A DNA stretch of 61,873 bases, filler included, from Candidatus Limnocylindrales bacterium (lineage in GTDB: Bacteria > Moduliflexota > Moduliflexia > Moduliflexales > JAUQPW01): NCBI GenBank assembly GCA_035559535.1. It is 4 parts of 3 records of this genome, joined end to end, with 100 filler letters (N's around TTAATTAATTAA, not from the genome) between each part and the next. Parts side by side here need not be neighbours in the genome. Positions count along the whole stretch, not along the records: positions 1 to 23,676 come from DATMBG010000015.1; 3 more parts are not named here. One strand, given 5' to 3'. Of this stretch, positions 9,925 through 19,404 are shown one piece after another. The notes below the pieces were generated by a model. That model was given only the letters and a program-made list of their open reading frames with translations. It had not been told where the DNA came from and searched no databases. Positions within the stretch are counted from its first letter, which is position 1. The number at the start of each line of letters is the position of its first letter. Both the position numbers and the translations under genes were made by a program.

Positions 9925-10281
9925 TTAGATAGATGAGACTATCCTTGTAGAGGGATGGTCCAAAATACCCTTCCCGGCTTTTAGCCCCAGGAAAGGGTTT
10001 GTTACCGGAAGAAACCGTGTATGAGGCTTAGTAAATAAACTGCGTGTGTAGAGAAATAAAGAGATAACCGTCTGGCTATTTTGGGAGTTTATAAGAAAGG
10101 AAATCCTGGATAATAACCGATTAGATTGGATAGTTCCAATCCCATCGGAGTCTTTGGTTGGATGAGAATGTGTAGAAATACTTGGAGGCTTATCTTCTTC
10201 GGAAGCCTCCAAGCCCTGACTTGGAGGTTTGTCTTCGTTCCCTTCCATACTACCCATAGACTTAGGTGTTCGCTGGTTCAT
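9925..10281 (-). CDS. Hypothetical 118-aa ORF heading the ATP-grasp/KamA operon, with two EDKPPS motifs
   Basis: Open frame between a candidate promoter (TTGACA at 10418-10413, minus strand) and the first ATP-grasp gene. The motif copies differ only at synonymous positions. RBS is weak. Confidence 0.5.
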   Translation of the reverse strand: MNQRTPKSMGSMEGNEDKPPSQGLEASEEDKPPSISTHSHPTKDSDGIGTIQSNRLLSRISFLINSQNSQTVISLFLYTRSLFTKPHTRFLPVTNPFLGLKAGKGILDHPSTRIVSSI

Positions 10282-10545
10282 TTTGCTAAAGTATCCAGAA
10301 TTCTATCAAATGGGTAGAAGCTTAACCGATCCGGTTTTTCTAATTAAGCCCCTAACCCAGGGAGAGTTCTTTATCGAAAGCTTTAAGACAAAAATAATAT
10401 CAAAATAAAAATTGTCAACATTAAATTTATGAATAAATCTTGCAAAGGGCTTAAATTTAAATTACCTTAAATAAGCTTTAAGGTTTCGAAACCCCAAGGT
10501 TTATAAAAACTACAACAACAGAAGTTATTTTCAAATATCTTAACT

Positions 10546-11745
10546 ATGCTTTCCCTAAAAGTTACCGAAGAAGGCTTAACGGCTGTTAAAGGAATTCAGG
10601 TCGCCAGCCGAAGGGCTGGATTAAAGACCCAGGGACGGGATCTGGCCATCATTTATAGTGAGCATCCTGCCCACGCCGCCGCCGTCTGGACAACCAGTCA
10701 AATCAAGGCAGCTTCTCTGCTGACGAGTATCAAGCATCTGGAGAGTGGTAAAGTTCAGGCTATTATTATTAACAGCGGTATTGCCAACACCTGCACCGGA
10801 GAGCGGGGCTTAAGAGATGCCGAAGAGATTACCAGGATCGTCGCCGAAGAACTGGAAATACCCCAGGAAAGGGTGCTTATTTTCTCAACGGGTTATATCG
10901 GAAGATATCTTCCCCTGGAAAAAATAAGAGGCGCCCTAAAAGATATCAAATACGACCTGGATAACTCCCCGGCAGCGAGTCTGGAAGCGGTTAAAGCCAT
11001 CATGACCACCGATACCCGACCTAAGAGGATTTCTGTGAAGGTTCCACTGGGAAACGGAAAAGAAATCACCCTCGGAGGGATGGCCAAAGGGTCCGGGATG
11101 ATTTCTCCCAACATGGCTACCATGTTGGGTTTTATCGCTACCGATGTGGATATCCCTCCGGGACCCCTGAGAAGAATGCTTAAAACCTCGGTCGATAAAT
11201 CCTTTAACATGATCAATGTAGACGGCGACATGGGAAGCGACGCCGTAGTCTTACTGGCCAATGGAACGGAAAGTTTAACAGAATCTGAGATGGCCATCTT
11301 CCAGGAAGCATTGGATTATGTCTGTATTTCTTTAGCTAAGATGATCGTTCGAGATGGCGAGGGAGCCTCCAAACTCATGGAGGTTCGGGTGCGAGGGGCT
11401 GAGACTTCGAGAGATGCGCGGGCAGTTGCTCTATCGGTGGTAAAGTCCAATCTGGTCAAATGCGCGATTTATGGAGATGATCCCAATATCGGGCGTGTCA
11501 TGCTGGTTATCGGAGCTTCAGGTGCCAGGCTTCAAGAGCAGAAGCTGGATATCTACCTGGAAAACATTAAAATGGTTGAGAAAGGGGTTGTCATTGAGTT
11601 TGATCGTTACGAAGCAACCCGCGCCATGAGTAAGCCTGAAATTCAATTCTTGATTGACTTGAATATGGGACAAGAAGAGGCCGTTGCCTGGGGATGCGAT
11701 CTAACCCCCGAGTATGTACGAATTAACTCAGAATACCCGACGTAA
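10546..11745 (+). CDS. argJ: Ornithine acetyltransferase ArgJ (divergent)
   Basis: NSG.AN.CTG, AIMTTDT, AKGSGMI.PNMATML autocleavage site, DGEGA.K, WGCDLT..YV.IN..Y. Confidence 0.9.
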   Translation: MLSLKVTEEGLTAVKGIQVASRRAGLKTQGRDLAIIYSEHPAHAAAVWTTSQIKAASLLTSIKHLESGKVQAIIINSGIANTCTGERGLRDAEEITRIVAEELEIPQERVLIFSTGYIGRYLPLEKIRGALKDIKYDLDNSPAASLEAVKAIMTTDTRPKRISVKVPLGNGKEITLGGMAKGSGMISPNMATMLGFIATDVDIPPGPLRRMLKTSVDKSFNMINVDGDMGSDAVVLLANGTESLTESEMAIFQEALDYVCISLAKMIVRDGEGASKLMEVRVRGAETSRDARAVALSVVKSNLVKCAIYGDDPNIGRVMLVIGASGARLQEQKLDIYLENIKMVEKGVVIEFDRYEATRAMSKPEIQFLIDLNMGQEEAVAWGCDLTPEYVRINSEYPT

Positions 11746-11947
11746 AGAGGAAGTATGAAAGTACAGTGGTATGGGAGTAAGGAAGTGTGGAGGGGTGGGT
11801 GGTTAGACAAAGAGTTTTAGAAGTCATTGACGGCCTAGAGGATAGGTTTATGGGTAGGTAGGGGTTGTGTAGAAACCTGAAAGATTCCTTTATACTTCCC
11901 CCCCCCATATTTTCCCCATACTTCCATACTCCTCTACGCTCACAAAC

Positions 11948-13048
11948 ATGGAAAAGGCTAAATTAGTACTGGAGGACGGTTCTACCTATGAAGGCTACTC
12001 TTTTGGAGCCTGGAAATCTGTGGCCGGAGAAGTTGTTTTTAATACCGGAATGGTGGGATATCCGGAATCTTTAACCGATCCTTCTTATCGAGGCCAGATT
12101 TTGGTTTTAACCTATCCGTTGATAGGTAATTATGGGGTTCCTTCAAAGGAGCGAGATGCTGACGGGTTATACAAACATTTTGAATCGGAAAGGGTCCAAA
12201 TCTCGGGGCTGATCGTCTCGGAATATTCAGAGCGCTATCATCACTGGAGTGCCGTGACAAGCTTATCAGATTGGCTCGCCGAATATAACGTTCCCGGAAT
12301 ATATGGGATTGATACCCGAGCTTTAACAAAAAAATTACGAGAAAAGGGAGTCATGCTGGGGAAAATCATCTGTGACCGGGAAGTAGATTTCGAAGACCCA
12401 AATCGGCGAAATCTGGTAGCTGAAGTCAGCATTGAAAAGCCGATCCTATACCCTCGGGGAGAAACCCGACTGGTTTTTGTGGATTGTGGGACAAAAAATA
12501 ACATTATACGCAGCTTTCTCAATCGAAATATTACCCTTATTCGGGTTCCTTGGGACTATAACTTATTCGATCCGGCCCTTCCTTCCTACCAGGGAATTGT
12601 GATTTCCAACGGCCCTGGGGATCCTAAAATGTGCCGGCAGACCATTGAACAAATTCGCAAGGCCATAAGTTTAGAGATTCCCATCTGGGGAATTTGCCTG
12701 GGCAACCAGATCCTGGGACTGGCAGCCGGGGGGGATACTTATAAATTGAAGTACGGGCACCGAAGCCAAAACCAACCGTGCCTCGAAGGAGGAACCTCCC
12801 GCTGTTATATTACCAGTCAGAACCACGGATACGCCCTTAACCATGATCTTCTCCCCGAAGATTGGGAACCCTGGTTTATCAATGCCAATGATGGAACCAA
12901 TGAAGGAATTCGCCATAAAGTGAAACCTTTTATGTCTGTCCAGTTCCATCCTGAAGCGACGCCGGGTCCTGTAGATGCAGGGGTTTTGTTTGATCGATTC
13001 TTGGATAAAATCCACAAGTCAGGCGTTAGAACCCAGCATAATCCCTAA
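11948..13048 (+). CDS. carA: Carbamoyl-phosphate synthase small subunit
   Basis: GEVVFNTGMVGYPE, SNGPGDP, GICLGNQ, QFHPEA. Confidence 0.97.
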   Translation: MEKAKLVLEDGSTYEGYSFGAWKSVAGEVVFNTGMVGYPESLTDPSYRGQILVLTYPLIGNYGVPSKERDADGLYKHFESERVQISGLIVSEYSERYHHWSAVTSLSDWLAEYNVPGIYGIDTRALTKKLREKGVMLGKIICDREVDFEDPNRRNLVAEVSIEKPILYPRGETRLVFVDCGTKNNIIRSFLNRNITLIRVPWDYNLFDPALPSYQGIVISNGPGDPKMCRQTIEQIRKAISLEIPIWGICLGNQILGLAAGGDTYKLKYGHRSQNQPCLEGGTSRCYITSQNHGYALNHDLLPEDWEPWFINANDGTNEGIRHKVKPFMSVQFHPEATPGPVDAGVLFDRFLDKIHKSGVRTQHNP

Positions 13049-13099
13049 CTTCTGGCTTCTGACTCCTGATCTCGGATTCCTGTTTACATTTTTTTAGAT

Positions 13100-16000
13100 A
13101 TGAAGAAAGTTCTTATTCTGGGCTCTGGAGCCCTCCGTATTGGACAAGCAGGTGAGTTTGACTACTCAGGAAGTCAGGCTATTAAAGCCCTTAAAGAAGA
13201 GGGTATTACCGTTATCCTTATCAATCCCAATATTGCCACCATTCAAACTTCTGAACAGATGGCAGATAAAATTTATTTTCTGCCGGTCAACCCCTACTTC
13301 GTTACCCAAGTGATTGAGAAAGAAAGACCCGATGGAATCCTGCTGTCCTTTGGTGGACAGACAGCTTTGAATTGCGGAATAGATCTGGATCGGGAAGGGG
13401 TTCTGGAAAAATATAAAGTCCAGGTTTTGGGGACCCCTATAGAGGCTATCCGTAACACCGAGGACCGGGATCTTTTTGCAAAAAAACTGTCAGAAATTCA
13501 TCTTAAAGTTCCCAGAAGCCTTGCTGCTTGGAATTTGGAAGAAGCTGTTCAGGCGGCCCAAAAAATAGGTTATCCAATTATTATCCGCGCAGCCTATACC
13601 CTGGGCGGAGAAGGCTCTGGAGTTGCCTGGAATCCAGAAGAACTTATAGAACTGGCCCGGCGTGCCTTTACTTCTACTCCTCAAATTCTGATAGAAGAGT
13701 ATCTGAAAGGGTGGCGGGAAATCGAATATGAAGTCGTCCGGGACCGATTTGATAATTGCATCACGGTCTGTAATATGGAAAACTTTGATCCTATGGGAAT
13801 CCATACGGGAGAGAGTATTGTTGTGGCCCCTTCTCAAACCCTCACCAATCTGGAATATCACAAACTGCGAGAAATTGCCATCCGGGCCATTCGTCACCTG
13901 GGGATTATCGGAGAATGTAATATCCAATTTGCGCTGGATTATAAATCCGACGATTATCGGATCATAGAAGTAAATGCCCGATTATCCCGAAGTTCTGCTC
14001 TGGCTTCCAAGGCTACAGGATATCCCCTGGCTTTTATAGCAGCCAAATTAGCCCTGGGTTATGGGCTGCCGGAACTTAAAAATTCGGTTACAAAATCCAC
14101 AACCGCCTGTTTTGAACCCGCTCTGGATTATGTGGTGGTGAAAATTCCACGCTGGGATTTAAATAAATTCAAAGGAGTCTCAGAGAAAATAGGCACTGAA
14201 ATGAAGAGTGTCGGCGAGGTTATGGCCATTGGACGGAAATTTGAAGCAGCCCTCCAAAAAGGTCTTCGAATGTTGGATATTGGTGCTATCGGTTTGGTCG
14301 GAAACGATTTTACCTTTAAAGATATCCGGGAGGAGCTGGAGAAACCTACCGATAAACGTATTTTTGCCATTGTTGAGGCTCTCAGGCAGGGATACACCGT
14401 GGAGGAAATATCTCATCTCACCGGAATCAATGCCTGGTTCCTTTACAAAATCCAGGGGGTTCTTGCCCTTGAAGACAAAATTAAAAAATATGCAACCCTG
14501 GCTAATCTCCCCCGAGAAATTTTGCTAGAAGCTAAACAAAAGGGTTTTTCAGATCTGCAAATCGCCAAGCTACTAAAAACCCAGGAACTAGAAGTTCGAA
14601 AGCGGAGAAAAGAATTACAGGTCCTCCCCGTGGTCAAGCAGATTGATACCCTGGCCGCCGAATATCCTTCCAAAACCAATTATCTCTACCTCACCTATAA
14701 CGGTGAGACCGATGACATCTCCTTCGAAGAGCGTAATAAGGTGATCGTTCTCGGCTCGGGAACTTATCGAATCGGTTCCTCCGTCGAATTTGACTGGTGT
14801 TGCGTTAATACAGTCTTCACGTTGAATAAGTTGAAGTATAATACCATCATGATTAACTATAATCCCGAGACCGTTTCTACCGATTACGACATCTGTGACA
14901 AGCTGTATTTTGAAGAACTTTCCTTTGAGACGGTTATGGATATCTACGAGAAGGAAAACCCCATTGGTCTGATTGTATCCATGGGAGGACAGATGCCTAA
15001 TAATCTGGCCCTTAAGTGTTACAGGCAAGGACTTAATATTTTGGGAACCTCCCCTTTAAGTATAGATCGGGCCGAAGATCGATATAAGTTTTCCAAATTA
15101 CTGGATGAATTAGGAGTCGATCAACCGGAGTGGCGAGAATTGACGAGTTTAGAAGATGCTGAGCAATTCGCCAAATCGGTGGGTTATCCGGTTCTGGTAA
15201 GACCATCTTATGTACTCAGCGGAGCAGCCATGAGTGTTGTCTACGATGAAAGAAACCTGGAAACGTATTTAAGTAAAGCCTCAAAAGTTTCCAGAGAACA
15301 CCCGGTTGTGATCAGCAAGTTTATCGTAAATGCCAAGGAAATAGAAATTGATGCCGTGGCTCAGAATGGAGAAATTCTAACCTGGGCCATCACCGAACAC
15401 GTGGAGAACGCCGGAGTTCATTCCGGCGATGCCACCATGATTTTTCCTCCCCAGAAAATTTACCTGGAAACGGTCCGACGAATCAAAAACATTGCCCAAA
15501 AAATAGCCATGGCCCTAAAGATCACCGGACCGTTTAATATTCAATTCCTTGCTAAAGATAACGACATCAAGGTGATCGAATGTAACCTCCGAGCTTCCCG
15601 ATCTTTCCCGTTTGTATCCAAGGTTTCCAAGGTTAATTTCATCAGTTTAGCAACGCAAGCCATGATGGGAAAACGGATCAAAGAACGCAAACTCAACTTA
15701 GATTTTGATTATGTAGGAGTTAAAGCACCCCAGTTTTCCTTCTCTCGCCTCAAAGGTGCAGATCCTATTCTGGGCGTTGAAATGGCCTCTACAGGAGAAG
15801 TAGCGTGCCTAGGAACCGATCTCTACGATGCTTTTCTCAAATCCCTGATCGCAACAGGATTTAAACTTCCTCAAAAGAATATCCTTCTCAGCATCAATAG
15901 CGAGGAAAATCGATATAAACTCCTGGATTCGATCAAAAAACTGAATAACCTCGGTTTTCACCTCTTTGCGACCGAAGCTACCTCCAGATTTCTCCATGAA

Positions 16001-16276
16001 CATAAAATCCCACATACCCTCCTCGGTAAGATCCAGGAATCGTGTCAACCCAATGTGTTAGACTATCTGGTTCAGCGCAAGCTCGATTTGGTTATCGATA
16101 TCTCCACAGGTCATCCCCAGGAAGATGAGCAGGCTGAATATTTAATCCGGCGAAAGGCGGTAGATTTTGGAATTCCTCTTTTAACCAATTTACAACTCAC
16201 CAGGTTGTTCGTTGAGTCCATTTCGCGGAAAAAGTTAGAAGATCTGGAAGTAAAGGCATGGGATGAATATGTTTAA
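13100..16276 (+). CDS. carB: Carbamoyl-phosphate synthase large subunit
   Basis: IGQAGEFDYSG, two ATP-grasp halves, C-terminal MGS domain. Confidence 0.97.
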   Translation: MKKVLILGSGALRIGQAGEFDYSGSQAIKALKEEGITVILINPNIATIQTSEQMADKIYFLPVNPYFVTQVIEKERPDGILLSFGGQTALNCGIDLDREGVLEKYKVQVLGTPIEAIRNTEDRDLFAKKLSEIHLKVPRSLAAWNLEEAVQAAQKIGYPIIIRAAYTLGGEGSGVAWNPEELIELARRAFTSTPQILIEEYLKGWREIEYEVVRDRFDNCITVCNMENFDPMGIHTGESIVVAPSQTLTNLEYHKLREIAIRAIRHLGIIGECNIQFALDYKSDDYRIIEVNARLSRSSALASKATGYPLAFIAAKLALGYGLPELKNSVTKSTTACFEPALDYVVVKIPRWDLNKFKGVSEKIGTEMKSVGEVMAIGRKFEAALQKGLRMLDIGAIGLVGNDFTFKDIREELEKPTDKRIFAIVEALRQGYTVEEISHLTGINAWFLYKIQGVLALEDKIKKYATLANLPREILLEAKQKGFSDLQIAKLLKTQELEVRKRRKELQVLPVVKQIDTLAAEYPSKTNYLYLTYNGETDDISFEERNKVIVLGSGTYRIGSSVEFDWCCVNTVFTLNKLKYNTIMINYNPETVSTDYDICDKLYFEELSFETVMDIYEKENPIGLIVSMGGQMPNNLALKCYRQGLNILGTSPLSIDRAEDRYKFSKLLDELGVDQPEWRELTSLEDAEQFAKSVGYPVLVRPSYVLSGAAMSVVYDERNLETYLSKASKVSREHPVVISKFIVNAKEIEIDAVAQNGEILTWAITEHVENAGVHSGDATMIFPPQKIYLETVRRIKNIAQKIAMALKITGPFNIQFLAKDNDIKVIECNLRASRSFPFVSKVSKVNFISLATQAMMGKRIKERKLNLDFDYVGVKAPQFSFSRLKGADPILGVEMASTGEVACLGTDLYDAFLKSLIATGFKLPQKNILLSINSEENRYKLLDSIKKLNNLGFHLFATEATSRFLHEHKIPHTLLGKIQESCQPNVLDYLVQRKLDLVIDISTGHPQEDEQAEYLIRRKAVDFGIPLLTNLQLTRLFVESISRKKLEDLEVKAWDEYV

Positions 16277-16620
16277 AGGTGTTTGAAGCTCCATTTTTAT
16301 CATGGAAATAGAAAAAAATTTTACAAAACGCCGGGGCCGTCGACCTGAACCCATCTTGAATTACGAAGGATCCTTCATTCCTTCTGGATTCGTAGTCGGA
16401 CTGTATCTTATCTGGAAACTTAAAGTATCTCTCCGGGTAGGGTGTTTTTGACTATCTTAAAAGAAGTCTGACGAACTTACTTGAAAAGGATTCAATGAAA
16501 GGAAGCAGGTCTTGAGATTACGCCAGACCTTATCTTTCAAGTTGCCACCGGTTTTATGGCAGCCAAACACTTGTTTGCAGCTAATGAGATAGGGCTATTT
16601 GAGAAGCTGGCTGAAGGACT

Positions 16621-16651
16621 GTACGGGCGGATGACCATCCGCCCCTACTCT
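16621..16651 (-). repeat. GTAG-type REP-like palindrome, copy 1
   Basis: Exact reverse complement of 16741-16771; GTAG followed by a GGGCGGATG-GT-CATCCGCCC hairpin. Confidence 0.85.
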
Positions 16652-16740
16652 CTTTGCCGCATTGATGGCCGGTGAATTCCTGCTCAATACAGGAGGAAGG
16701 GATATCTATAGTGAGGAAGAAGCTCGTGGATGGCTTCAAC

Positions 16741-16771
16741 AGAGTAGGGGCGGATGGTCATCCGCCCGTAC
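16741..16771 (+). repeat. GTAG-type REP-like palindrome, copy 2
   Basis: AGAGTAGGGGCGGATGGTCATCCGCCCGTAC. Confidence 0.85.
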
Positions 16772-16947
16772 TGGCGGGTATTGGAACATAGATCTTTGGC
16801 CGGTCCATCGAGCTTGATAGTAGCTGAAACGGTAAAATGATAAAACCCTCTGTCAATCGAGACGATTAACCTACTAAAACAGGATAAAAACTAAGAGGAT
16901 CAAACCGCCTTTACAATCTTAGTTTACTTCAGAGGAGGTTTAAGGCC

Positions 16948-18054
16948 ATGAAAATCACCGATGTGGAATGTTCTATTTTATCCGTTCCTTTAAAACGAAC
17001 CTTGGGAAATTCTAGAACAGCCTATAATGTTGTAGACTGGGTTGTTGTACAGATCCATACCGACGAAGGTATTTCGGGAACCGGCCATATGGGTTCCATG
17101 GGTTATCAAAAGGGAAGAGGTTCCCGGGCCATGAAGAGTGTCGTGGATACAGAATTGAAAGAGGTGGTGGTCGGTAAGGATCCTTTCTACATTGAAAAAA
17201 TCAGAAAAGATCTGTGGGCAAAAAGTTATTATTACGGCCAAAAAGGTTTAGCCTATTGGGGAATCTCGGCCATCGATACCGCCCTTTGGGATATTGTAGG
17301 CAAAGCCACCGGAAAACCCCTCTATAAGCTCTTGGGTGGCTGCCAGGATGAGCTCCCGGTCTATGGGAGTGGAATTGATTTATCCTGGTCCCTGGAGGAA
17401 CTCATTCAAGAGGTTACCGACTTTGTTGAACAAGGCTTTAAGGCAGTTAAAATTAAGGTAGGAAAACCGGATTACAGAGAAGATCTTCAACGCGTCAAGG
17501 CGGTTCGGGAAGCTATTGGGGACGATATTCACCTTATGGTCGACGCCAATCAGGCCTGGCGACCTGCAGAAGCTATTCAGATCGGAAAACGACTCGAAGA
17601 GTATAATATTTACTTTCTGGAAGAGCCGGTTTCTAACAATGATATTCCCGGTATGGCTAAAGTCGCCGCGGCTCTGGATGTTCCCATAGCTGCCGGAGAA
17701 ATGGAATTTACCCGGTACGCTTTCAGGGAATTGTTAACCGCCGGTGCTATCGATATCGTCCAACCAGATCCCATGAGAAACGGAGGAATCACCGAATGTA
17801 TGAAAATTTGTACCCTGGCCGATACCTGGAACCTGCCGGTTACCTCGCATTTTTATATTGAATTGATGGCTCATGTTCTGGCTGCCATCCCCAATGCTCT
17901 CTATCTGGAATATATTCAGGTTTTTGTGGAAAGTCTTAATGAAGTAATCGTCCATCCTGTAGAAGTCAAAAATGGGATGATGCAGGTTCCTCAAAGACCT
18001 GGACACGGCGTGGAATTTAGTAAGGAAGGATTCAAAAAGTATCAAATTGCTTAA
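16948..18054 (+). CDS. Mandelate racemase/muconate lactonizing enzyme family protein
   Basis: SAIDTALWDI.GK, KIKVG, MVDANQ, LEEPV, AAGE, QPD. Confidence 0.93.
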   Translation: MKITDVECSILSVPLKRTLGNSRTAYNVVDWVVVQIHTDEGISGTGHMGSMGYQKGRGSRAMKSVVDTELKEVVVGKDPFYIEKIRKDLWAKSYYYGQKGLAYWGISAIDTALWDIVGKATGKPLYKLLGGCQDELPVYGSGIDLSWSLEELIQEVTDFVEQGFKAVKIKVGKPDYREDLQRVKAVREAIGDDIHLMVDANQAWRPAEAIQIGKRLEEYNIYFLEEPVSNNDIPGMAKVAAALDVPIAAGEMEFTRYAFRELLTAGAIDIVQPDPMRNGGITECMKICTLADTWNLPVTSHFYIELMAHVLAAIPNALYLEYIQVFVESLNEVIVHPVEVKNGMMQVPQRPGHGVEFSKEGFKKYQIA

Positions 18055-18070
18055 AAGGAGGAAAAACAGG

Positions 18071-18571
18071 ATGAACCGTTCTCCCTATGTTCTCCATGAA
18101 GAGGATCTTCCATGGACCGAACAATCCCATGGCCTTAGTTATGGCCTTCGTCGTAAACAACTGGGTGCGGCTGCAGGTAACCGTAAACTCGGCTGCAGTC
18201 TGTATGAAGTCTTTCCAGGATGTAAATCCTTTCCTTATCATTATCACTGTGCCAACGAAGAAGCTATTTATGTCCTGGAAGGCTCGGGGACTCTCCGGAT
18301 CGGTGGAAAAGAGGTAACCCTTTCAAAGGGGGATTATATTGCCTTACCTGGTACTGTGGAGGGAGCTCACCAGGTTATCAATACCTCCGATCGACCTTTA
18401 CGCTATTTGTGCTTTTCGACGATGATCGAGCCTGATGTCATCATCTATCCAGATTCCGGTAAGGTCGGCATTCTTGCAGGCTCTGCTCCGGGGGGGCCCA
18501 AAGAGCAGAGAACTCTCCATATGTTTCTAAGAACTGATACCAAAGTGGATTACTGGGATGGGGAAACATAA
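18071..18571 (+). CDS. Cupin domain protein
   Basis: PYHYH.ANEEAIYVLEG, AHQV.N, YPDSGK, DYWDGE; ATG at 18071 preferred to the TTG start. Confidence 0.9.
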   Translation: MNRSPYVLHEEDLPWTEQSHGLSYGLRRKQLGAAAGNRKLGCSLYEVFPGCKSFPYHYHCANEEAIYVLEGSGTLRIGGKEVTLSKGDYIALPGTVEGAHQVINTSDRPLRYLCFSTMIEPDVIIYPDSGKVGILAGSAPGGPKEQRTLHMFLRTDTKVDYWDGET

Positions 18572-18580
18572 GTTTTGGAC

Positions 18581-19000
18581 TTATTCCCCTACGACTTGTA
18601 CGAGGATTTCTCGGTGACGAGGCCGATTATCAAAATCGATCAAAATAATCTGTTGCCAGGTTCCGAGTTGAAGCTTCCCCTGGGTAAAGGGTATAGTTAG
18701 AGAAGGACCTAAAAGGGCTGCGCGAACATGGGAAAATCCATTCCCATCTCCCCAGCGTGCATCGTGGTCATAATGAATATTTTGGGGCGCTATCCGTTCA
18801 ATTGCCCTTTTAAGATCTTCGATAACCCCCCTTTCAAACTCAATGGTTGTGATGCCGGCCGTTGATCCAGGAACAAACACGGTTACAATTCCCTGGGTGA
18901 GTCCCGAGCTTTTAAGTAAATCTCGAACTTTAGAAGTCAGGTCATGAACGTCACTGAACCCTCGGGTTTTAAGCTGAAAAGAAAAAGATTGAACGGGCAT
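18581..19000 (-). CDS. yjbQ: YjbQ/UPF0047 family protein
   Basis: GSTAGITTIE.E, GNGFSHVRA, LGTWQQI...DFD. Confidence 0.9.
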   Translation of the reverse strand: MPVQSFSFQLKTRGFSDVHDLTSKVRDLLKSSGLTQGIVTVFVPGSTAGITTIEFERGVIEDLKRAIERIAPQNIHYDHDARWGDGNGFSHVRAALLGPSLTIPFTQGKLQLGTWQQIILIDFDNRPRHREILVQVVGE

Positions 19001-19289
19001 ACTTTTAAAAGCCGTTGTAATACTTTGTAATTCGACGATAAAACTGCCATGGCGAGTCCTTGGATACTTCAGGGTAAACTTTGGGAGGCCCTCTCTTCTG
19101 GCATATTCCTGGTCCCCATCACCCTCTCCCTCGCCATGACAGATTACCCTCCACCCTACAAGTTCGTATAACCTACCAGGGCCAGAGGTTTCAGGGAACT
19201 GTTTAACGCCGGGAACCTCCGGTTCCCTGGCCGTAAAACCTCGGGGGTTAGGGAGATTACTTTTCCTTCAATCGTATCAAACCACCTAT

Positions 19290-19318
19290 AAAATAACCGG
19301 ATTATGGGGGAGAGTCAA
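19290..19318 (-). promoter_or_regulatory. Candidate sigma70 promoter upstream of yjbQ
   Basis: TTGACT-17 nt-TATTTT on the minus strand. Confidence 0.45.
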
Positions 19319-19404
19319 GGAGATAAATCTTAGAAGATTTGCTAATAGAGAAATTTCGCAATTATTTGATATTTCGCAACAAGCTAAATTCGAAAAAATC
19401 CAAA

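Larger units (their letters stand above)
16495..16840 (+). pseudogene. O-methyltransferase pseudogene (frameshift, large internal deletion, two REP-like insertions)
   Basis: Fragments EITPDLIFQVATGFMAAKHLFAANEIGLFEKLAEG (dimerisation domain), LFAALMAGEFLLNTGGRDIYSEEEARGWLQQS and WRVLEHRSLAGPSSLIVAETVK*; the SAM-binding core is missing. Confidence 0.75.

Noticed and set aside
10428-10445. ARG box upstream of argJ (TATGAATAAATCTTGCAA)
   Set aside because: Only one good half-site, spacing off by one, in an AT-rich background
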